A stretch of DNA of 11,155 nt from a virus. Its lineage: Duplodnaviria > Heunggongvirae > Uroviricota > Caudoviricetes. Positions 1 through 6,217 of this stretch are shown here, piece after piece. Under the pieces are notes generated by a model. That model saw only the letters and a list, made by a program, of their open reading frames with translations, ran no database searches and was not told where the DNA came from. Position 1 is the first letter of the stretch. Each line of letters starts with the position of its first letter. The translations under genes were made by a program, and so were the position numbers. The DNA is taken from IMG/VR virus record IMGVR_UViG_2529292887_000008; one strand, given 5' to 3'.

Positions 1-1230
1 ATGAGCAGAGCACTTAACAAACTGAGCGATACACAGCTGAGGAAAATCAACGGCACACCCGCCCAAAAAACAGCCTTTCTTAATGACGGTGGAAACCTGA
101 GCGTCAGGCATTCAACCAGTGGCCTTTTAACCTGGTATTTCACTTACAGGGCCGGAACGGGAAGGGGGGCACCACCGGAACGCATTAAGCTGGGAAATTA
201 TCCTGATCTGAGCCTGAAATCAGCCAGGGAAAAAGCCGCCCAGTGTCGCGCATGGCTGGCAGAGGGGAAAAATCCACGTCATGAAATGAATTACACCGTA
301 CAGGAAGCGTTAAAGCCGGTAACGGTTGGCGATGCGCTCACCTACTGGCTTGAGTCGTACGCAAAGGAAAACCGTGTGGATTATGACCCACTGAAAAAGC
401 GGCTAAATAATCACGTAATACAGCACATTGGCCCTATGCCGCTGGATAAATGCGAGCTACGGCACTGGCTGGCCTGTTTTGATCGGGTGGCAAAGAAAGC
501 CCCTGTTTCCGCCGGGTTCCTGCTACAGACATGCAAGCAGGCGCTTAAGTTCTGCAGGAAGCGGCGCTATGCAATCAGCAACGTTCTTGATGATATGAGT
601 GTGGCGGACGTTGGGAAAAAACCGGATATAAGTGAGCGTGTCTTAAGTAACAAAGAACTTGGCGAATTATTGCAGGCACTGGACAAAAAAATATTTTCCC
701 CTTACTACGTCGCACTAATCCGCCTCCTGATTGTTTTCGGATGCCGGACAGTAGAACTGAGGTTATCGGAGATCGGCGAGTGGGATTTTACCGAAATGCT
801 CTGGACCGTTCCGAAGGAGCACAGCAAAACGAAGGTAGCCATATTCCGGCCCATACCGGAAGCGATACTGCCGTTCGTCACGCAGCTGGTGGAGCAGAAC
901 AGGCACACGGGCTTATTGCTGGGGGAAGTGAAACAGGAAACCAGCGTATCGCAGTACGGCAGATTGGTGCACAGGAGGCTTAAACACCCTCACTGGTCAC
1001 TGCATGACATCCGGCGCACCTTTACAACCATGCTGAACGATTTAGGCGTTGATCCTCACGTCGTGGAGCAGCTTACAGGCCACCAGATGCCAGGAATGCA
1101 ACGCGTGTACAACCATTCCCGCTATATTGATGCGAAACGCAATGCGCTTGATATGTGGGTGGAGCGGTTGGAGATACTGGCGGGAACACATGAAAACGTA
1201 ACCACGCTACCAGTAACCAGAATAAAATAA
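1..1230 (+). CDS. int: Tyrosine site-specific integrase, P4-type (409 aa)
   Basis: N-terminal P4-Int-like arm-binding region (LSDTQLRK...LNDGGNLSVRHS...TWYFTYR...IKLGNYPDLSLKSAREKA) and C-terminal catalytic motifs (LHDIRRTFTT...GHQ...VYNHSRY). ORF begins at window position 1. Confidence 0.9.
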   Translation: MSRALNKLSDTQLRKINGTPAQKTAFLNDGGNLSVRHSTSGLLTWYFTYRAGTGRGAPPERIKLGNYPDLSLKSAREKAAQCRAWLAEGKNPRHEMNYTVQEALKPVTVGDALTYWLESYAKENRVDYDPLKKRLNNHVIQHIGPMPLDKCELRHWLACFDRVAKKAPVSAGFLLQTCKQALKFCRKRRYAISNVLDDMSVADVGKKPDISERVLSNKELGELLQALDKKIFSPYYVALIRLLIVFGCRTVELRLSEIGEWDFTEMLWTVPKEHSKTKVAIFRPIPEAILPFVTQLVEQNRHTGLLLGEVKQETSVSQYGRLVHRRLKHPHWSLHDIRRTFTTMLNDLGVDPHVVEQLTGHQMPGMQRVYNHSRYIDAKRNALDMWVERLEILAGTHENVTTLPVTRIK

Positions 1231-1278
1231 TTTTTTTCGTGTTTTTTCAGTATGCGCATACTGGATAAGTGCACAGAT

Positions 1279-1314
1279 ACAACGTGAAACAATGTGCAAC
1301 AACGTGACACAATC
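1279..1314. promoter_or_regulatory. Direct repeats AACGTGA(A/C)ACAAT at 1281-1293 and 1301-1313 in the int-alpA intergenic region
   Basis: Two 13-bp near-identical direct repeats spaced 20 bp apart; candidate regulator or recombinase binding sites. A 10-bp palindrome TATGCGCATA lies at 1251-1260. Confidence 0.3.
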
Positions 1315-1419
1315 ACGAACAAGAGGCCAAAAAGAATACAGATTTATAAGTTACTGATTTTTAATGCTTAGCTGGTTTTTTATACATTAGTGAATTACGC
1401 GTTAAAGCGTGCGAAAAAA

Positions 1420-1450
1420 GGCATAAAACAAGATTTTATGCCTTTGTATT
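1420..1450 (+). terminator. Hairpin plus T-tract, putative intrinsic terminator
   Basis: Stem GGCATAAAA (1420-1428) / TTTTATGCC (1434-1442), 5-nt loop, followed by TTTGTATT. Confidence 0.4.
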
Positions 1451-1604
1451 GATATGAATTTAAATGATTTTATCCTGATTATTCCTCTTTCTGTAAACCA
1501 TGCGACACCAACATTTGCCAACTCTGAATCATCCTGACACAATCAGACACATCCCAACGCAATAGAACACGAAATAACTCTTTAAGAAACGAAAGGGGGC
1601 AATA

Positions 1605-1793
1605 GTGTTAAGCACTGATCGGTTTATACGTGAAAAAGAATGCGAAAAGCTAACAGGCCTTAGCCGCTCATGCCGCTACCGCCTGGAAAAGGCCGGACAA
1701 TTCCCATCACGTCGTAAACTTGGTGGGCGTTCTGTTGGCTGGTCTTTATCTGAGGTTTTGGCCTGGAAGGATAGCTGCAAGGCAGTTCACTAA
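1605..1793 (+). CDS. alpA: AlpA-family (Phage_AlpA) DNA-binding transcriptional regulator, 62 aa, GTG start
   Basis: Motifs LTGLSRSCRYRLEKAGQFP...RKLGGRSVGWSLSEVLAWK match the AlpA helix-turn-helix family; RBS AAAGGGGG about 8 nt upstream of GTG at 1605; position immediately after int as in Gram-negative PICIs. Confidence 0.8.
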   Translation: MLSTDRFIREKECEKLTGLSRSCRYRLEKAGQFPSRRKLGGRSVGWSLSEVLAWKDSCKAVH

Positions 1794-1933
1794 AAAGACT
1801 GGCGGCACACAGTCGCCACACATCCACTAATACAGAGATATAACTATGAAGATTGAATATGCGCCCGAACGTGGGCGGGGATTCGTTCGCCCTGGTGAAA
1901 CTGAAAAACAACAAAATTGGGGTTTTTCAGGCA

Positions 1934-1962
1934 TAAAAAAAGCGGCCCCGATATGGAGCCGC
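1934..1962 (-). terminator. Intrinsic terminator for minus-strand module 2
   Basis: On the minus strand, stem GGCGGC...GCCGC (1942-1962) followed by a 7-nt T-run (complement of A-run 1934-1940), downstream of the CDS ending at 2037. Confidence 0.5.
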
Positions 1963-2036
1963 CTTTCTGAACAATTAACCTGCTGCGCCTTATGTGTATG
2001 TGATCCCAAACATAAGCACGGGAATGATAGCCGCTA

Positions 2037-2240
2037 TCAGGCTGGTGGGCAATTACCTTGCTTGTTGGGGCCGTATTGTGCTGCCATTTTCATCCGTTCA
2101 GAACGTGAATATTTTTTTAGAAACTCATCAAGGACAAAAGCGCATGGAGCGAATCTTTCTGATTCATGCTCGAGCGCCATATTTTCGTGCTCTCTGTTCG
2201 TTTTTTGCGATGGTGTATTGGTTGATTCTTTATTGGTCAT
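2037..2240 (-). CDS. Small hypothetical protein (67 aa), paralogue of 2698-2925
   Basis: Shares N-terminus MTN(K/N) and motif ERFAPCAFVLDEFLKKYSRS / EKFALEDFVDKYPRR and a C-terminal PP(A/G) with the 75-aa protein at 2698-2925; preceded by the same conserved ~45-bp leader. Confidence 0.5.
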   Translation of the reverse strand: MTNKESTNTPSQKTNREHENMALEHESERFAPCAFVLDEFLKKYSRSERMKMAAQYGPNKQGNCPPA

Positions 2241-2246
2241 TGTGTG

Positions 2247-2294
2247 TACCTGTAAAGCAATGCGCCGGAGTTCCTCACGCCACGGCGCTGATGT
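2247..2294 (-). promoter_or_regulatory. Conserved ~45-bp intergenic element (copy 2) between RHH gene and small-protein gene
   Basis: CCTGTAAAGCAATGCGCCGgAGttCCTCACgCCACGGCGCTGAT nearly identical to 2931-2980; contains inverted repeat GCGCCG...CGGCGC (6-bp stem, 15-nt loop) followed on the transcribed strand by AUUGCUUU. Confidence 0.45.
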
Positions 2295-2297
2295 TTT

Positions 2298-2477
2298 TTA
2301 TTCTTTGGGTTCAATACCGCGTTGCTGTAATTCTTTTCGGATTATTCGTTTTATCCAAGCAGCTAAAGAGTCATCACCGTCTTGTTGTTGTGCTTTTTCC
2401 ATCTTTTCCCGTAAGTCAGGATCTAAACGGAACTGGAAAGGAGGATTACCACGCCTTTCATTCTTGTGTGTTGACAC
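2298..2477 (-). CDS. Ribbon-helix-helix (Arc/CopG-like) DNA-binding protein, 59 aa, putative GTG start; absent from the ORF track
   Basis: Manual minus-strand translation: VSTHKNERRGNPPFQFRLDPDLREKMEKAQQQDGDDSLAAWIKRIIRKELQQRGIEPKE; predicted beta-strand FQFRLD plus two helices parallels the RHH protein at 2983-3162. In-frame ATG at 2402 would remove the beta-strand, so GTG 2477 is preferred. Confidence 0.45.
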   Translation of the reverse strand: MSTHKNERRGNPPFQFRLDPDLREKMEKAQQQDGDDSLAAWIKRIIRKELQQRGIEPKE

Positions 2478-2498
2478 GTCAATTACACCCCATATAAT
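2471..2498 (+). promoter_or_regulatory. Near-consensus sigma70 promoter (TTGACA - 16 bp - TATAAT), plus strand
   Basis: -35 TTGACA at 2471-2476 and -10 TATAAT at 2493-2498; overlaps the putative start of the minus-strand RHH gene. Confidence 0.45.
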
Positions 2499-2542
2499 GT
2501 GTTTATGTGTATATACACATTACACACAACTAGCACAAAAAA

Positions 2543-2578
2543 CAACGCCCCGCAGTGATGGGAACACATACGGGGCGT
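2543..2578 (-). terminator. Hairpin with downstream U-tract on minus strand (putative terminator between modules); also 5' part of repeated leader element copy A
   Basis: Stem ACGCCCCG (2543-2550) / CGGGGCGT (2571-2578); on the minus strand followed by TGTTTTTTGTGC. Confidence 0.4.
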
Positions 2579-2665
2579 CTAACCAAACCATTAATTGAGG
2601 TAACGATTATGGTTATAAAAGAGCATAGCTTACTCTTTATACACACACAAACGCCCCGGAAACGG

Positions 2666-2688
2666 AATAATCCGTTTCATAGTTCGGT
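2666..2688. terminator. Perfect 8-bp hairpin GAAACGGA-ATAA-TCCGTTTC just past the stop of the 2698-2925 gene
   Basis: Stem-loop read directly from sequence, 10 nt beyond the minus-strand CDS end; the flanks are T-rich on the plus strand and GU-rich on the minus strand. Confidence 0.4.
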
Positions 2689-2697
2689 TTTGTGCAC

Positions 2698-2925
2698 TCA
2701 TCCTGGCGGTCGGTTTTTGCCGGATTTAAGCCGCCGTGGGTATTTATCGACAAAATCTTCAAGGGCAAATTTTTCTGGTGGCACTAAGCGCGGCGCTGGT
2801 GGTGGTATTTTTGTTCTGGTTAGTTCTTCCTCAAGTCTGGCGCAGGCTTCTGACTGCCTTTGCCGGATGATTTCATCATCTTGCGTTTGCGAGTCTTGTA
2901 TTGGTGATAGTGTGTTGTTGGTCAT
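2698..2925 (-). CDS. Small hypothetical protein (75 aa), paralogue of 2037-2240
   Basis: MTNNTLSP...EKFALEDFVDKYPRRLKSGKNRPPG; shares motifs and the upstream conserved leader with the 67-aa paralogue. Confidence 0.5.
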   Translation of the reverse strand: MTNNTLSPIQDSQTQDDEIIRQRQSEACARLEEELTRTKIPPPAPRLVPPEKFALEDFVDKYPRRLKSGKNRPPG

Positions 2926-2930
2926 GATAC

Positions 2931-2980
2931 TGCCCTGTAAAGCAATGCGCCGTAGTACCTCACACCACGGCGCTGATAGT
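2931..2980 (-). promoter_or_regulatory. Conserved ~45-bp intergenic element (copy 1) between RHH gene and small-protein gene
   Basis: CCTGTAAAGCAATGCGCCGtAGtaCCTCACaCCACGGCGCTGAT; differs from copy 2 only at loop positions of the GCGCCG/CGGCGC hairpin. Confidence 0.45.
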
Positions 2981-2982
2981 GA

Positions 2983-3162
2983 TTATTCTGATTCTTTGGC
3001 CTTGCGACGCTGGCGGTATTCAACTTCCCGCTTTAATGCAGCTGTAACAAACTGCCCTGTACTTTCGCCGGGCATTTTTACCGCCTCAACATTGTTCATA
3101 ACTTCATGTGGAACCCTTGCCGCAACTGTTTGTGATTTTGCGTTTACTGCTTTTGTCGCCAT
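2983..3162 (-). CDS. Ribbon-helix-helix (Arc/CopG/MetJ-like) DNA-binding protein, 59 aa from ATG 3162 (ORF track starts at GTG 3171)
   Basis: MATKAVNAKSQTVAARVPHEVMNNVEAVKMPGESTGQFVTAALKREVEYRQRRKAKESE: beta-strand TVAARV, helix A, G-x-S/T turn, helix B; SD GAGGGG 8 nt upstream of ATG 3162. Confidence 0.6.
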   Translation of the reverse strand: MATKAVNAKSQTVAARVPHEVMNNVEAVKMPGESTGQFVTAALKREVEYRQRRKAKESE

Positions 3163-3212
3163 GTTGAGCACCCCTCATAAAAAACAAATGCAGTATGCAG
3201 GAAAAAAAATAA

Positions 3213-3288
3213 GTGTTCAACACTTGACGTGTTTAACACCTCGATTTAAATTGGTGTTCAACACCTTATTTAGGCAAGGTGTTGAAAC
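3213..3288. promoter_or_regulatory. Operator array (4 copies of palindromic GTGTT-N-AACAC) overlapping a plus-strand promoter
   Basis: GTGTTCAACAC 3213-3223, GTGTTTAACAC 3229-3239, GTGTTCAACAC 3254-3264, GTGTTGAAAC 3279-3288; candidate -35 TTGACG at 3224-3229 and -10 TAAATT 3247-3252 between the divergent RHH gene and the replication operon. Confidence 0.5.
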
Positions 3289-3354
3289 GACGAAACCCCG
3301 CACTGTAGGAGCAGTAACGGGGCTTCTAACCAACAACGTAAACGAGGAGCCGTT

Positions 3355-3552
3355 ATGGTTGCTGTAAATCATATACCACACCTTGTACACACACAAACTG
3401 CCTTTGTGTGGCGTTTTCTGGCACTGAGTGCCGGAGAATCTCAAATCATCCACGTAACCGCCTGGACGGAACGCGAAGCGCGTAGCCGTTGCCCGTCCGG
3501 TTGTGTTGCTGTATTTGCCGCCCGTATTCGTCAGGGGGTATGCCGTGCTTAA
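3355..3552 (+). CDS. Hypothetical protein (65 aa), first ORF of rightward operon
   Basis: Strong SD GAGGAG 5 nt upstream of ATG 3355; the first ~45 nt belong to a repeated leader element (see findings), so coding status is uncertain. Confidence 0.35.
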   Translation: MVAVNHIPHLVHTQTAFVWRFLALSAGESQIIHVTAWTEREARSRCPSGCVAVFAARIRQGVCRA

Positions 3553-3730
3553 AACCTTCCGCGTTTTTTCCCGTGCTGTTAACAAGCGCGGCTATACCGT
3601 TGGCATCACGCAGAACGTGAAGGCCGTTAATATGCAAGCGGCGATTGATTCAGTAATCAGTAATTCCGGTAAAGCAGGTTTATCACAAGTCATTATTTCA
3701 GCAGTGTATGAATTAAAAGAGGTGCATTAA
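3545..3730 (+). CDS. Hypothetical protein (61 aa from GTG 3545; ORF track frame opens at 3503)
   Basis: SD AGGGGG 8 nt upstream of GTG 3545, which overlaps the stop of the preceding ORF (GTGCTTAA). Confidence 0.4.
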   Translation: MLKTFRVFSRAVNKRGYTVGITQNVKAVNMQAAIDSVISNSGKAGLSQVIISAVYELKEVH

Positions 3731-3921
3731 TGAAGGAAATTACATTACACGAAGCCGCTGAACGTGCGCACCAGACAGAAATTATTTGCCGCCTTCTTGA
3801 GGTGTACCCTGATAAATTAAATGATGGTGATATATCCGCATTAGCTGGCCTTCTGGCAAAACTGTCAGGAAGTGTTGCGCTGTGGTTAATTGATGAGAGA
3901 GCCGAACGCTATGAAAAATAA
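3730..3921 (+). CDS. Hypothetical protein (63 aa)
   Basis: ATG overlaps preceding stop (TAATG at 3728-3732), suggesting translational coupling; protein-like composition. Confidence 0.5.
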   Translation: MKEITLHEAAERAHQTEIICRLLEVYPDKLNDGDISALAGLLAKLSGSVALWLIDERAERYEK

Positions 3922-4153
3922 TAAACTGGCGACCAGTGAATTAAGAAGCCTTGCCAACAGCGCAATATCTTTAAACAACGCAGCAAACGAAGTAATGAAT
4001 ATGTGGCTTCAGTCGCTGGTGAATAATGAACGCGATGAATCAACTGCAAGATTAATATTAGCCGTTTCTGAATTACTGGATAGTTCAACCAGCAAAATAG
4101 AGAGCATATCAGAGAAGATTAACGGCTTATCAGGTCACGCTATCGGAGAATAA
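3911..4153 (+). CDS. Hypothetical protein (80 aa from ATG 3911; track start 3890 is TTG)
   Basis: ATG 3911 overlaps the upstream stop (ATGAAAAATAA); predicted helical. Confidence 0.5.
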   Translation: MKNNKLATSELRSLANSAISLNNAANEVMNMWLQSLVNNERDESTARLILAVSELLDSSTSKIESISEKINGLSGHAIGE

Positions 4154-4158
4154 AAATA

Positions 4159-4458
4159 ATGAAACTTAAATATTCTGGCTTAACTGCCAGTGGCAACACT
4201 CACCCTAAATTTACGCGCGGTGATATTTACCGCGACCAGTACGGCGGCACGGTAATGATTAAGGGCGTGGCGGGACGGTGCGTAACTTACCGCCGTGAAG
4301 GTTACGAATATGATTGCGTGATGCCTGTTTATCAGTTCCGGCGTGATTTTTCTCTGGTACAGACCGCGCCGCATAACGTGCCCACCAGCAACGCCAGGGC
4401 ACGGGCAAACATCCAGAAGCTGAAAACCATGATTAACGGATTCAGGGGTAAAAAATGA
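4159..4458 (+). CDS. Hypothetical protein (99 aa)
   Basis: SD GGAGA 9 nt upstream of ATG 4159; stop overlaps the primase start (ATGA at 4455-4458). Confidence 0.55.
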   Translation: MKLKYSGLTASGNTHPKFTRGDIYRDQYGGTVMIKGVAGRCVTYRREGYEYDCVMPVYQFRRDFSLVQTAPHNVPTSNARARANIQKLKTMINGFRGKK

Positions 4459-6203
4459 AACTGGCACCGAACGTAAAAAAACAGCCACGCGGAATAAAAC
4501 ACAAAGACACAGAGGTAATTATCTTTGCGGGTAGTGATGCCTGGTCGCACGCGAAACAATGGCAGGAGCAGGATGGCCCCGCATCCGGCGATAATGTGCC
4601 GCCTGTGTGGCTTGGGCCAAAGCAGCTTGCCGAACTTGATGCGCTGAAAATTGTTCCGGATGGGAAAAAGCGCGTAAGGCTGTACCAGGCCGGAGAACTG
4701 GATTTAGTGGAGACCAAAAAGATTGGTCAGAAGCTGGCGGCGGCAGATATTCAGGACGCAAATTTTTACCACGAAGGAATGCACGTCCAGAAGTGTGAAA
4801 ACTGGCGGCGCTATCTGAATGCTGAGCGTGAAAATATTGCCGCAGGGCTTACCATGCCGGAGCAGAAAAATACGCAACTGGCACAAATGGCAGACAGTGA
4901 GCGCGCACAGATGCTTGCTGGTCGATTTGATGGCGTTTGTGTGCATCCGGAAAGTGAAATCGTTCACGTATGGCGCGGCGGGGTATGGTGTCCGGTCAGC
5001 ACAATGGAACTTAGCCGCGAAATGGTGGCGATCTATTCAGAGCACAGGGCCACTTTCAGCAAGCGCGTAATCAATAACGCCGTGGAAGCATTAAAAGTTA
5101 TTGCCGAACCAATGGGCGAGCCGTCCGGCGATTTGTTGCCGTTCGCCAATGGTGCGCTTGACCTGAAAACAGGGGAATTTTCCCCGCACACGCCGGAGAA
5201 CTGGATCACCACGCACAACGGCATTGAATACACGCCACCAGCACCAGGGGAGAATATCCGCGACAACGCGCCAAACTTTCATAAATGGCTTGATCACGCA
5301 GCCGGAAAAGACCCGCGCAAGATGATGCGTATATGTGCCGCGCTGTACATGATTATGGCGAACCGGTACGACTGGCAGATGTTTATTGAGGCCACCGGAG
5401 ACGGCGGGAGCGGTAAAAGTACATTCACACACATAGCCAGCCTTCTGGCAGGGAAACAGAACACGGTAAGCGCTGAAATGACATCGCTTGATGATGCTGG
5501 TGGACGTGCGCAGGTTGTCGGGAGTCGTCTTATCGTCCTGGCAGACCAGCCGAAATATACAGGCGAAGGAACGGGCATCAAGAAAATCACGGGCGGCGAC
5601 CCCGTGGAAATAAACCCGAAATATGAAAAGCGTTTCACGGCGGTAATCAGGGCGGTGGTGCTGGCGACCAATAATAACCCGATGATATTCACCGAACGGG
5701 CCGGAGGTGTGGCACGTCGTCGCGTGATTTTCCGTTTCGACAATATTGTTAGTGAGGCCGAAAAAGACAGGGAACTACCGGAAAAAATTGCGGCTGAAAT
5801 CCCCGTTATTATCCGCCGCTTGCTGGCGAACTTTACCGACCCTGAAAAGGCGAGGGCTTTACTACTGGAACAGCGTGACGGTGATGAAGCACTGGCAATA
5901 AAGCAACAGACGGATCCGGTTATTGAGTTTTGCCAGTTCCTGAATTTTCTGGAGGAAGCGCGCGGCCTGATGATGGGTGGCGGTGGTGATTCAGTGAAGT
6001 ACACGACCAGGAACAGCCTTTACCGCGTCTATCTGGCGTTTATGGCATACGCAGGCAGGAGCAAACCGCTAAACGTGGCTGAGTTCAGCAAGGCCATGAA
6101 GCCAGCGGCGAAAGTTTACGGGCATGAATATATTACGCGAAAAGTTAAGGGAGTAACGCAGACCAACGCAATTACAACAGACGATTGCGACGCGTTTTTA
6201 TAA
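4455..6203 (+). CDS. Replication initiator: P4-alpha / D5-family primase-helicase (582 aa)
   Basis: Walker A GDGGSGKST (nt ~5401-5427), Walker B-like RLIVLADQ, and overall resemblance to the phage/plasmid primase P4-family C-terminal domain; SD AGGGG upstream; iteron origin immediately downstream as in PICIs. Confidence 0.88.
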   Translation: MKLAPNVKKQPRGIKHKDTEVIIFAGSDAWSHAKQWQEQDGPASGDNVPPVWLGPKQLAELDALKIVPDGKKRVRLYQAGELDLVETKKIGQKLAAADIQDANFYHEGMHVQKCENWRRYLNAERENIAAGLTMPEQKNTQLAQMADSERAQMLAGRFDGVCVHPESEIVHVWRGGVWCPVSTMELSREMVAIYSEHRATFSKRVINNAVEALKVIAEPMGEPSGDLLPFANGALDLKTGEFSPHTPENWITTHNGIEYTPPAPGENIRDNAPNFHKWLDHAAGKDPRKMMRICAALYMIMANRYDWQMFIEATGDGGSGKSTFTHIASLLAGKQNTVSAEMTSLDDAGGRAQVVGSRLIVLADQPKYTGEGTGIKKITGGDPVEINPKYEKRFTAVIRAVVLATNNNPMIFTERAGGVARRRVIFRFDNIVSEAEKDRELPEKIAAEIPVIIRRLLANFTDPEKARALLLEQRDGDEALAIKQQTDPVIEFCQFLNFLEEARGLMMGGGGDSVKYTTRNSLYRVYLAFMAYAGRSKPLNVAEFSKAMKPAAKVYGHEYITRKVKGVTQTNAITTDDCDAFL

Positions 6204-6217
6204 TTTTTTGTAAAAGC

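Noticed and set aside
1994-2497. 167-aa plus-strand ORF with hydrophobic stretches
   Set aside because: Overlaps the minus-strand genes and conserved leader; no RBS; hydrophobicity is explained by T-rich antisense sequence.
1846-2598. 250-aa plus-strand ORF
   Set aside because: Low-complexity, Cys/Ser-rich translation; it lies antisense to the minus-strand module 2 genes and runs through a terminator and a promoter; weak RBS.
2555-3367. 270-aa plus-strand ORF
   Set aside because: Antisense to the two protein-like minus-strand genes of module 1 and reads straight through the operator/promoter region; Ser/Cys-rich low-complexity translation. Only its first ~45 nt are retained, as the repeated leader element.
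3217-3637. Minus-strand ORFs 3217-3585 and 3446-3637
   Set aside because: Antisense to the plus-strand operon start and crossing the operator array; no supporting features.
5294-6004. 236-aa minus-strand ORF
   Set aside because: Entirely antisense within the primase-helicase gene; Pro/Ser/Arg-rich, not protein-like.
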